The translations under genes and the position numbers were made by a program. Below the pieces are notes generated by a model. It was not told the origin of the DNA. It did no database searches and was given only the letters and a program-made list of their open reading frames with translations. Below are positions 1 to 7,470 of a DNA stretch of 40,829 nt, piece by piece. The stretch lies in NCBI GenBank assembly GCA_964637815.1, contig CAZWYD010000002.1, positions 1 through 40,829 on the forward strand, given 5' to 3'. The DNA comes from an uncultured Planctomycetia bacterium (GTDB taxonomy: Bacteria; Omnitrophota; Gorgyraeia; Gorgyraeales; Gorgyraeaceae). The first letter of the stretch is position 1; every line of letters begins with the position of its first letter.

Positions 1-187
1 TCAACCTGAGCGATTTAGAGTCGCTTACCGAGGTAACAGTACAGCTATTAATCACACATATATCAGCCTCATCAATATTCTCTACCTCAATATAGCCCCC
101 CTTTAAAAAATTCTCGCGTATCACTTGCGACTCATACTGATTTACCTTACACCCCAATGTTTTTATATAAAAAGTCTTTTTTGTCAT
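1..187 (-). CDS. MiaB/MtaB/RimO-family methylthiotransferase, N-terminal fragment (continues past the window edge)
   Basis: Minus-strand ATG at 187. My translation is MTKKTFYIKTLGCKVNQYESQVIRENFLKGGYIEVENIDEADICVINSCTVTSVSDSKSLRL. The FYIKTLGCKVNQYES and CVINSCTVT motifs are the hallmark N-terminal MTTase (UPF0004) domain. Confidence 0.75.
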   Translation of the reverse strand, partial: MTKKTFYIKTLGCKVNQYESQVIRENFLKGGYIEVENIDEADICVINSCTVTSVSDSKSLRL

Positions 188-328
188 TTCTTCGTAAACG
201 CAGTACAGGAATCTAAGGCCTTTATTACATTGATATTTCTGATCCAGGCCACTTTCTCTTGAGTCCATGAAGGAACGTGATTGCCCTCAATACATCCCCT
301 GCAGCTAAAAGCTTTATAATCAGGATCC

Positions 329-2164
329 TCATTTTTCTCTCGATGCTATTATTGAAGCTTTCTCATATTCAAGAGCGGCAATATCAAACATGCCTAGCCT
401 AACATAAAGATTGCCAAGGCTATTGTAGAAGTCAGCTCCTCCTTCGTTAAGATATAAACATGTCTCATATTCTCTCAGAGCATCTCCAATAGCCCCCTTT
501 TTAAGATAAATAGTACCTAGATAATAATGGGCATCAAAGTTGTCCCTATTTAAGGTCAAGGCCTTTGTAAGTTCTATCTCTGCCTTGTCGAGTTCACCCA
601 TATTAAAATAGATAGTTCCCGAAACACGATATGGCCTATAGTAGCCAGGATTAAGTTCTATGCATTTAGTTATGGCGCTAAGTGCCTTATTAAAATGACC
701 CAATGTATTATATGCTACAGCAAGATTTAAATACGGCATGGAAAGTTCTTTATCTAACTTAATAGAGGTCTTAAAATTCTTGATTGCATTTACATGATCA
801 CCCTTGTCAGCATAGAAAATACCCAGATTACTATAAGCTCCAGCAGCCTTTGGTTCTAAAGATATAGCATAGCGAGTCTCTCTCATTGCTTCTTCGTACT
901 TGCCGTCATGAAAATATGCCAGCGCAAGATTAATGTGAACTGAATAAATGTACGGATTATCGCTATTGTGTTTTATGGTGTTTTTAAATAAACTTATGTT
1001 GTTTTTCCACACCCTGCCATGGACGACTGTAGTAATTGTAAAATACAATAAAAAAATAGTTATAATAGCGCGGCTGACTCTCTTAGGAGTTATTTTCAAC
1101 AATATGGTGCTAAGAATGAAAAAAAATCCTATACAGGGTACATAAAGCCACGCTTCATGCAAAAATGTCGACAATGGATATATATTTAAGACTGGTAAAA
1201 GCGCTACAAAAAACCACGTTACCCCGAATAAAATCTGAGAATGATCTCGTGATATCCTTTTAATAGTAATCGCTAGTAGAGAGATAAGGCCTATGCAAAA
1301 CACAAGCGCTGGTTCCAGTATAGAACTCGCTGGCTGAATATACCAACCCATATGTAAATTAAAAGGAAGCACTAATAACCTTAGATAAATAATCAGTACC
1401 TTAAAATCTGTCAGGAGCCTATATAAAAGAGGTGTCTGGCTAATGTAATTATCTATTACAAGGCCATCAGGCCCTGTGTTAAAATTTAAAACAGTGAGTC
1501 TAATAAAAATATAGATAAGTGCTATAAAAAAGTATGGGAGAATGTTTTTTGTGCGGGGTTTTTGAACAAGTATTAATAAAAACGGCAAGATAATAGCATT
1601 TTCTCTACTTAAAAGTGCCATGATAAACAATAGGATTGATATGACATAAAGCCAAGGACTTTTTTGCTTTTGATGTTCGATAAAAGTCAGCGCACAAAGC
1701 AACATAAACATCGCTACCAGCAAATCTGCCCTAGCAGAAATATAATAAGTAACACTTGATATGGCAGGCGCACTTACAAACATCAGAGCTGTTAAAAGAC
1801 CTACACCAGAGGAGCCAAAGATCGTCAATATAAGAAGATAGACAAGAATAGCATTCATTGCATGCAACATTAGATTCGTGAAATGATAGCCGAATGTGTT
1901 TAAGCCCCAGATCGAATATTCCACCATATATGACATTAATTGCAATGGTCGATAATAATTATTGACTTTATTGTCACCATGATAAATATCTTTTGTAAAA
2001 ATAACGTCAAGATTATGCCAGCTTTTTATATAGGGGTTTTTGACTATTAGAGATGTATCGTCCCACACAAATTTTGAATTTAGGGAATTCGCGTATACAA
2101 TCACTACTGCTAATATGATAAGCAGGATATGAGTGGATTTAGTAGATTTAAAGAATATATTCAT
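329..2164 (-). CDS. Polytopic membrane protein with C-terminal TPR repeats (TMTC/PMT-like GT-C fold glycosyltransferase architecture)
   Basis: 611-aa ORF starting at an ATG. About 10 hydrophobic helices in the first ~390 aa (YYRPLQLMSYMVEYSIWGL motif). These are followed by ~6 TPR units (e.g. AYSNLGIFYADKGDHVNAIKNFKTSIKLD, YLGTIYLKKGAIGDALREYETCL). Confidence 0.7.
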   Translation of the reverse strand: MNIFFKSTKSTHILLIILAVVIVYANSLNSKFVWDDTSLIVKNPYIKSWHNLDVIFTKDIYHGDNKVNNYYRPLQLMSYMVEYSIWGLNTFGYHFTNLMLHAMNAILVYLLILTIFGSSGVGLLTALMFVSAPAISSVTYYISARADLLVAMFMLLCALTFIEHQKQKSPWLYVISILLFIMALLSRENAIILPFLLILVQKPRTKNILPYFFIALIYIFIRLTVLNFNTGPDGLVIDNYISQTPLLYRLLTDFKVLIIYLRLLVLPFNLHMGWYIQPASSILEPALVFCIGLISLLAITIKRISRDHSQILFGVTWFFVALLPVLNIYPLSTFLHEAWLYVPCIGFFFILSTILLKITPKRVSRAIITIFLLYFTITTVVHGRVWKNNISLFKNTIKHNSDNPYIYSVHINLALAYFHDGKYEEAMRETRYAISLEPKAAGAYSNLGIFYADKGDHVNAIKNFKTSIKLDKELSMPYLNLAVAYNTLGHFNKALSAITKCIELNPGYYRPYRVSGTIYFNMGELDKAEIELTKALTLNRDNFDAHYYLGTIYLKKGAIGDALREYETCLYLNEGGADFYNSLGNLYVRLGMFDIAALEYEKASIIASREK

Positions 2165-2870
2165 ACTTTAAAGACGACAGGATATAGATAGCTGCTGTTT
2201 CGACCCTTAAGACCAATGACCCAAGAGAACAGATTCTACAACCCTCTTGCCTTGCCATGTGAACCTCCTGTTCGCTAAAATCGCCTTCTGGTCCGACAAA
2301 CACAGATACGCTATTTGGCTGCGATCCCTTCAATGTTGCGTTTAATGGCGTTGTATCCTTATCCAGTGCAGCAAAAAGCCTTAAATCCGTTTTCCTCGAC
2401 GCTGTTAAAGCATCGCTGAATTTCATGACATCTAATATGTCTGGCAATCTTACTCTACCGCACTGTTTAGACGCTGCCATAGCGATCCTCTTCCATCGGT
2501 CGATCTTTTTATTCTTTATCTGAGGGATTGTCCTATCAGTAACCACAGGTACAATCGTACTAACTCCCAATTCAACAGCCTTTTCTATTATAAAATCCAT
2601 GTTTTTCTTTGGAATAGCCTGATAAAGCGTAATATCAATATTAGTATCCGTGTCGAGGTCTTTGACCTCTTTGATCTCCATAACTATCTTCTCCCTAGCC
2701 ATATCCTTTATATTGCATATATATTCCTTACCCTGGCCATTGAATATAGATACAGCCGCACCCTTACCCAGCCGCATCACATCGCGTATATGATGGATCT
2801 CGGCCTTATCCCGTATCTCGATCAAACTTTTTTCAGGAAATATAAATTCCGGAGAAACATAAAATCGCAT
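2148..2870 (-). CDS. rsmE: 16S rRNA (uracil1498-N3)-methyltransferase RsmE
   Basis: MRFYVSPEF N-terminus, GPEGDFSEQE and LGSLVLRVETAAIY C-terminal motifs are typical of RsmE. I chose the ATG at 2870 (GGTGA 5 nt upstream) over the GTG at 2897 used in the ORF track. Confidence 0.85.
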   Translation of the reverse strand: MRFYVSPEFIFPEKSLIEIRDKAEIHHIRDVMRLGKGAAVSIFNGQGKEYICNIKDMAREKIVMEIKEVKDLDTDTNIDITLYQAIPKKNMDFIIEKAVELGVSTIVPVVTDRTIPQIKNKKIDRWKRIAMAASKQCGRVRLPDILDVMKFSDALTASRKTDLRLFAALDKDTTPLNATLKGSQPNSVSVFVGPEGDFSEQEVHMARQEGCRICSLGSLVLRVETAAIYILSSLKYEYIL

Positions 2871-2945
2871 GAGTTCACCTTTGAGAAGGTCCTTCACTTC
2901 GCTATGAGGCTCCTATTCGTCGCCTCATTACGCTCGTTCAGGATC

Positions 2946-2966
2946 AAAGTCGCCTTCGGCGACTTT
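2946..2966 (-). terminator. Short GC hairpin abutting the tRNA-Leu 3' CCA (possible terminator or processing signal)
   Basis: AAAGTCGCC-TTC-GGCGACTTT gives a 9-bp stem. There is no clear U-tract on the minus strand, so function is uncertain. Confidence 0.3.
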
Positions 2967-3053
2967 GGTGCCGGAGGTGGGAGTCGAACCCACATGAGGG
3001 GTTGCCTCACACGATTTTGAGTCGTGCGCGTCAGCCAGTTCCGCCACTCCGGC
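2966..3053 (-). tRNA. tRNA-Leu (anticodon CAA), class II with long variable arm, CCA encoded
   Basis: The reverse complement is GCCGGAGTGGCGGAACTGGCTGACGCGCACGACTCAAAATCGTGTGAGGCAACCCCTCATGTGGGTTCGACTCCCACCTCCGGCACCA. Acceptor stem GCCGGAG/CTCCGGC; anticodon stem CACGA/TCGTG with loop CT-CAA-AA; variable-arm stem TGAGG/CCTCA; T-arm GTGGG-TTCGACT-CCCAC. Confidence 0.92.
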
Positions 3054-3057
3054 ATTT

Positions 3058-3134
3058 CCGTTTAGCCCGTTTGCCCGTTGCCCGTTGACCCGTTAACGGG
3101 CATAACGGGCTAAACGGGCAAACGGGCTAAACGG
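3058..3134. repeat. Imperfect ~77-nt palindrome made of CCCGTT / AACGGG units, between accA and tRNA-Leu
   Basis: The left arm carries 4 full plus 1 partial CCCGTT. The right arm carries 4 full plus 1 partial AACGGG. The centre is CCCGTT|AACGGG at 3094/3095. The outer 21 nt of the arms (CCGTTTAGCCCGTTTGCCCGTT) pair perfectly. The right arm overlaps the accA stop codon (3127-3129). Confidence 0.85.
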
Positions 3135-4077
3135 AACTACCCATATTTCTGAATTTCTTGTAACGTTTTTCTAGTAATTTATCTACAGGAACTGTCTTGA
3201 GTTCCTTTAATGCCTTTTTTATGCACTTTTTTACTGCCTGAGCTGTTTTTTCAGGGTCCCTGTGCGCACCGCCCATTGGCTCTGGGATCTCACCGTCGAT
3301 AATCTCGAGTTTAATAAGATCCTTGGCAGTAAGCTTCAGCACCTCTGCTGCTTCAGGCGCCTTTAATCTGTCTTTCCATAAAATAGCGGCGCACCCTTCC
3401 GGAGATATCACTGAATAGTATGCATTCTCCATCACATAAACCCTGTCGCCTATACCTATGCCAAGCGCGCCTCCTGAGCCACCTTCTCCTATGACCACCA
3501 CAACCACTGGTACCTTTAGAGATATCATCTCCATTAGATTATGCGCGATGGAATTTGCCTGGCCACGCTCTTCAGCGCCTATCCCAGGATATGCGCCAGG
3601 TGTATCAATAAAAGTGACTATAGGTGCATTAAATTTCTCGGCAAGCTTCATCAGTCTCATTGCCTTACGATACCCTTCTGGATGAGCGCTGCCAAAATTT
3701 CTCATGAGATTCTCTTTTGTATCCCTGCCTTTTTGATGACCGATCACCATGACCTTTTCTCCGTCAATCTTGGCAAAACCACCGATCATGGCCTTGTCAT
3801 CCTGAAACATGCGATCGCCATGCAGCTCAACAAAGTCCACCATTATCATGTGGATATAATCAGTGGTGTACGGCCTTTTCGGATGCCTGGCGATCTGTAT
3901 CTTCTGCCATGGCGTAAGAGAATCAAAGATCTCTTTCTTGACCTTCTCGAGTCTTGCCTCGAGCGTCTTTATCTCTGCAGAAAGATTTATGCTGCCATCT
4001 GATGCAAGAGACTTTAGCTCTGCTATCTTCAACTCCAGCTCTAATATAGGTTTTTCAAAATCCAATCCATTCGCCAT
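3127..4077 (-). CDS. accA: Acetyl-CoA carboxylase carboxyltransferase subunit alpha
   Basis: 316 aa. [12 protein letters not shown]-terminus, [26 protein letters not shown] and [12 protein letters not shown] are canonical AccA motifs. Confidence 0.95.
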   Translation of the reverse strand: MANGLDFEKPILELELKIAELKSLASDGSINLSAEIKTLEARLEKVKKEIFDSLTPWQKIQIARHPKRPYTTDYIHMIMVDFVELHGDRMFQDDKAMIGGFAKIDGEKVMVIGHQKGRDTKENLMRNFGSAHPEGYRKAMRLMKLAEKFNAPIVTFIDTPGAYPGIGAEERGQANSIAHNLMEMISLKVPVVVVVIGEGGSGGALGIGIGDRVYVMENAYYSVISPEGCAAILWKDRLKAPEAAEVLKLTAKDLIKLEIIDGEIPEPMGGAHRDPEKTAQAVKKCIKKALKELKTVPVDKLLEKRYKKFRNMGSSV

Positions 4078-4085
4078 AATCTATC

Positions 4086-4919
4086 TCACTCTACTGTCGT
4101 GACCTGTGTCCCGACTGGAATAATAGCATATAACTCTTCCACGTCGGCATTGAGCATCCTTACGCAGCCTTGTGTAGCCTGTTGGCCCACACTATCTGGA
4201 TCTACTGTCCCATGAATGCCATAACCTTTTTCAGAAAGTCCAAGCCAGCGCGAACCAAGAATATTCTCAGGACTCTCAGCAGGCACTATTGCACCTTCTT
4301 TATACCAGACAGGGTCTTCCATTCTATTGATTATAGTAAAAGTCCCTACTGGTGTAGATCCATTTTTGCCTGTTGAAACTGGATAGACCTTTACAGTATC
4401 CTCATCCCCAGAAAAAATCGTTAAAAGATTTTGAGACTTATCTATTAATATCTTATATCTGGCAGTCGAGACCTTTAGTCTTGAATTGGCCAGTATAGTA
4501 TTGCTTTCCAGTGAATTTGAAGCCTTAATAAGCTCGATCGTTGTCTTGAATTTCTTTGCAATCTTTGTAAGGCTGTCGCCTGGCTCCACCTGATAGAGCA
4601 CATCTGTATCTGTGATAATAGGAGAAAAAAGTATCTCTATATTAAGTTCTCCAAGTTTCTCCTGTATCTGAAGTATATTGTCGACATTCTGGTATTTACT
4701 CAATATCATCTGATAGGCATCCCTTGCCTTAACGATCTCTCCTTCTTTCTCGTAAGATTTTGCGAGATCAAAATAGGCCTTGCCTGTTTCAGCTGAATTT
4801 GAATCTTTACCTGCTGATAATCCATCTATCTTAGCCTGATCTTTAGGGCCCAATACAATAACCATAACCACCAATATCAATGCCAAACCAATCCCTATGC
4901 CAATAAGCTTATTGTTCAC
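4086..4919 (-). CDS. LysM domain-containing L,D-transpeptidase (YkuD family)
   Basis: LysM segment YQVEPGDSLTKIAKKFKTTIELIKASN. YkuD catalytic segment GIHGT...QGCVRM. N-terminal TM anchor. Start set to the GTG at 4919 (AAGGAG 6 nt upstream), which removes the overlap with the upstream gene. Confidence 0.85.
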   Translation of the reverse strand: MNNKLIGIGIGLALILVVMVIVLGPKDQAKIDGLSAGKDSNSAETGKAYFDLAKSYEKEGEIVKARDAYQMILSKYQNVDNILQIQEKLGELNIEILFSPIITDTDVLYQVEPGDSLTKIAKKFKTTIELIKASNSLESNTILANSRLKVSTARYKILIDKSQNLLTIFSGDEDTVKVYPVSTGKNGSTPVGTFTIINRMEDPVWYKEGAIVPAESPENILGSRWLGLSEKGYGIHGTVDPDSVGQQATQGCVRMLNADVEELYAIIPVGTQVTTVE

Positions 4920-4932
4920 TACTAACTCCTTT

Positions 4933-5379
4933 CTAACGATAACAAAAAATTGCCACAAGAATACCCAGGGCAGCGCCTATAAATACCTGTATAGGCGTAT
5001 GACCTAAGAGCGCTATAAGGCGATCCTGTTTAACGCCCTTTTGTAAATAAATATCCTCTATAATCTTATTGAGTATCTCTGCCTGCTGGCCGCTTTGTCT
5101 TCGCACGCCCTGGGCATCAAACATTATGATAAGCGCAATGAAAAACGCGAATGCAAAAAATGCCGACGAAAAACCAAAGGTAAATCCAATAGAAGCGGCA
5201 AGCGCTGTCACAGTAGCGGCATGAGAACTCGGCATGCCCCCTGCGCCCACGAACCATCTAAAGTTAAACCGCTTCTCGCGTATCACACCGATTGCCACCT
5301 TTATGGTCTGCGCTAAAAGCCATGCTAGCGAGGCAGTCAAAAACACCTGGTTCTTCCCTAAGTCTACAAAGAAATCCAC
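4933..5379 (-). CDS. Divergent PAP2 / DUF212 (acid phosphatase-vanadium haloperoxidase-related) membrane protein
   Basis: 148 aa with a GTG start preceded by GGAGGT. The GGMPSSHAATVTALA motif and 4 TM helices are typical of the YuiD/DUF212 family. Confidence 0.8.
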   Translation of the reverse strand: MDFFVDLGKNQVFLTASLAWLLAQTIKVAIGVIREKRFNFRWFVGAGGMPSSHAATVTALAASIGFTFGFSSAFFAFAFFIALIIMFDAQGVRRQSGQQAEILNKIIEDIYLQKGVKQDRLIALLGHTPIQVFIGAALGILVAIFCYR

Positions 5380-5452
5380 TCTAACCTCCTAAGTTATGTA
5401 ACATTATATATAATAGATAGGAACTATGGCAAGGAAAAAGATAGGATACTCT

Positions 5453-6295
5453 TTAGAACTTCACTGTGCCGCCAAGGGTCAGGGCAGTCTCATTTAGGAG
5501 CCTGAGCTCAAAGTTCAGCAAGTAGTAGCTTAAATAGAACGGCATTATATCGCAGCCAAGTACAAGACCAAATTCATTTTCATCATTCGCATTATATGTA
5601 GAATAAAGCTGACCGGAAGTAGACCGCATAAAATTCACATCTATGTCTGACGCTAAATAAGTTAGGCCGCCATACGGGATAACATAGCAGTCACTTGCCC
5701 CTAATGGAATAATGAATTTCTTGCTGGCCAGCAAGCTCGTCTGCCATTCATCTATTGTGAAATCTTCGTTAATACGAGAAGCGGTTGATTCTGAACCGTT
5801 TACCTTTGCCTTGTCAAAACCCAGATCACTATGCCTATATTGTAAATCCATTGTAAGATCAACGTCATAATTCTTCAGCTCCCATAACTTTGCCTTGAGA
5901 CCCGCGCCCCAGGAAAGGCCAATGTTTGATTCCACTTTAACAGCATCACCATGCTGCTCCCATTCTACTTCAAGACTGGATGTCCCTATTTTTATATAAG
6001 GCTCAAGCATATCTTTATAATTATTGGAAACCTTGAAGATGAAATTATAACCGTCCATCTCAGCGTCAGTGACATCCGTAGCAGAAGAAAGAATTCTTTT
6101 GGTAACTATTTCCATGTCCAGGCCGACCTTTATGTTCACCTCTTCTTCAAATTTATCAAGGGCGTTTTTTATTGCCTGCTCCTTCAGGAACAGAGAATCC
6201 TCTGGAACGCTCATATCAGGACCGCCTACTGTTGCTGCCAGCGCAAACGAAGAGCTACATATTATAAAAAATGATATCAATATTATCTTTTTCAT
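5453..6295 (-). CDS. Outer-membrane beta-barrel protein, paralog A
   Basis: Signal peptide ending ALA-AT. Alternating amphipathic beta pattern. C-terminal LTLGGTVKF with a terminal Phe (BAM signal). Paralogous to 6314..7174. Confidence 0.7.
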   Translation of the reverse strand: MKKIILISFFIICSSSFALAATVGGPDMSVPEDSLFLKEQAIKNALDKFEEEVNIKVGLDMEIVTKRILSSATDVTDAEMDGYNFIFKVSNNYKDMLEPYIKIGTSSLEVEWEQHGDAVKVESNIGLSWGAGLKAKLWELKNYDVDLTMDLQYRHSDLGFDKAKVNGSESTASRINEDFTIDEWQTSLLASKKFIIPLGASDCYVIPYGGLTYLASDIDVNFMRSTSGQLYSTYNANDENEFGLVLGCDIMPFYLSYYLLNFELRLLNETALTLGGTVKF

Positions 6296-6313
6296 TGCCT
6301 AGCCTCTTTCTTT

Positions 6314-7174
6314 TTAAAACTTCATGGCGCCGCCGAGCGTAAGCGCCATCTCATTAATAAGCCTGACCTCTATGCTATATATAAACGAACTTGACAAGGT
6401 CGGCATAATGTCACATCCCAGAAAAAAACCAAACATGGAATCATTACTTGCATCATAGGTAGTACAATCAAGCGCAGGATGACTTGAATTTGTAAAGCTT
6501 ACGTCTACCGTTGAATCAGAAAGCGTCAAACCTGTATAAGGCACTAAGTAGATATTCTGCCATTTTAAAGGAAGTTCATACTTTTTGCTCATAGCAATGG
6601 ATGCCTGCCATTCCTCTACTTTAAAATCCGCGCCTGTATCAGTTATGTTAACACCTGCCCACTCAATATCGCTTACGTCCAGATCTGCAATTCTATACTG
6701 AACATTACCTGTCAGGCGAATACCCGGACCATCGAAATCCCAGATAATCCCCTTTATGCCACCGCCCCATGCAAAACCCTGATCAGATGTAACTTCTATA
6801 TCATACGTACTGCTCTGTCTCCATTTCGCGTCTAACCTTGATGTGCCTATTTTGATATAAGGCTCTACCCTGTCTAAAATAGTAACACCCAGCTTTGCCA
6901 TGCGCCACTCTCCCTTTAGCTCAGCGTTTCCTACTTCCTTAGGTCCACTCAGATCCTTATCAAATAGAAATTCCATATCCAGCGCTGCCTTTATCTTTAT
7001 CATCTGTTCATAGCCGTCAAGGGCTTTATTCACAGCCTCCTGTTTCAATATAGCAGAGGTGTTTGGCACATCAAGATCAAGGGAATTACCTACAGTTGCA
7101 GCAAACGCAACCCCACTGCTAGCAACAAATATAGCTGTAATCACTAAAGAATATAAAATATAGAGTTTCTTCAT
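6314..7174 (-). CDS. Outer-membrane beta-barrel protein, paralog B
   Basis: Signal peptide ending AFA-AT. Blocks shared with paralog A include EPYIKIGTS, EEWQ/DEWQ, FLGCDIMP/VLGCDIMP and the C-terminal LTLGGAMKF. Confidence 0.7.
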   Translation of the reverse strand: MKKLYILYSLVITAIFVASSGVAFAATVGNSLDLDVPNTSAILKQEAVNKALDGYEQMIKIKAALDMEFLFDKDLSGPKEVGNAELKGEWRMAKLGVTILDRVEPYIKIGTSRLDAKWRQSSTYDIEVTSDQGFAWGGGIKGIIWDFDGPGIRLTGNVQYRIADLDVSDIEWAGVNITDTGADFKVEEWQASIAMSKKYELPLKWQNIYLVPYTGLTLSDSTVDVSFTNSSHPALDCTTYDASNDSMFGFFLGCDIMPTLSSSFIYSIEVRLINEMALTLGGAMKF

Positions 7175-7209
7175 AATAAAGTATAATACTCCAGTTTATT
7201 TTATAATGA

Positions 7210-7238
7210 AGTATACATTACGATATAGGTATTGTCAA
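7210..7238 (-). promoter_or_regulatory. Sigma70-like promoter for the tandem OMP genes
   Basis: The minus strand reads TTGACA-N17-TATACT, about 35 nt upstream of the ATG at 7174. Confidence 0.45.
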
Positions 7239-7242
7239 GGGA

Positions 7243-7369
7243 GGACAGCGATTTAAGTCGCTGTCCGAGCTTGACCCCCGCTGATTCGTTTTGCATTCGC
7301 AAAAGCGAATCAAAACAGCGGGGGTTAATTCGTCCCCGTTGCTTCGCTTTGCGAAGCAAAGCGACGGGA
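7243..7369. repeat. Cluster of three GC-rich stem-loops in the divergent OMP/comM intergenic region
   Basis: Hairpin A 7243-7266: GGACAGCG...CGCTGTCC. Hairpin B 7275-7324: CCCCCGCTG...CAGCGGGGG, with an inner ATTCGC-AAAA-GCGAAT. Hairpin C ~7333-7369: TTGCTTCGC-TTT-GCGAAGCAA, overlapping the alternative CGCTTTGC-GAA-GCAAAGCG. Confidence 0.75.
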
Positions 7370-7418
7370 ACTCATTAAAAAAATTGAAAGAAAACTACCC
7401 CTTAGATGTGTCTACTAT

Positions 7419-7452
7419 AATAGTAGCCCAGGTTTAAACCTGGGCTACTATT
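7419..7452. repeat. Perfect 34-nt palindrome centred on GTTTAAAC, immediately upstream of the comM RBS
   Basis: AATAGTAGCCCAGGTTT|AAACCTGGGCTACTATT. It is related to the palindrome at 9041-9066. Confidence 0.85.
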
Positions 7453-7470
7453 AAAAAGGAGGTGGGCTAT

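Noticed and set aside
3058-3134. Possible CRISPR or minisatellite array
   Set aside because: The units are 6 nt with 1-4 nt between them and occur in opposing orientations. There are no spacers of CRISPR size and no cas genes. It is a hairpin-forming palindrome, not a CRISPR.
2898-3134. tRNA-Leu as an integration site for a genomic island
   Set aside because: No integrase, no duplicated tRNA 3' segment and no compositional break could be seen on either side. The flanking genes (rsmE, accA) are housekeeping genes.
3458-4102. Plus-strand ORFs of 75-153 aa inside accA
   Set aside because: They are antisense to an unambiguous accA and have no motifs.
7462-7470. GTG start for comM (track start 7462)
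   Set aside because: The GTG lies inside the AAGGAGGT Shine-Dalgarno sequence. The ATG at 7471 is correctly spaced and gives the family-typical MLSKV N-terminus.
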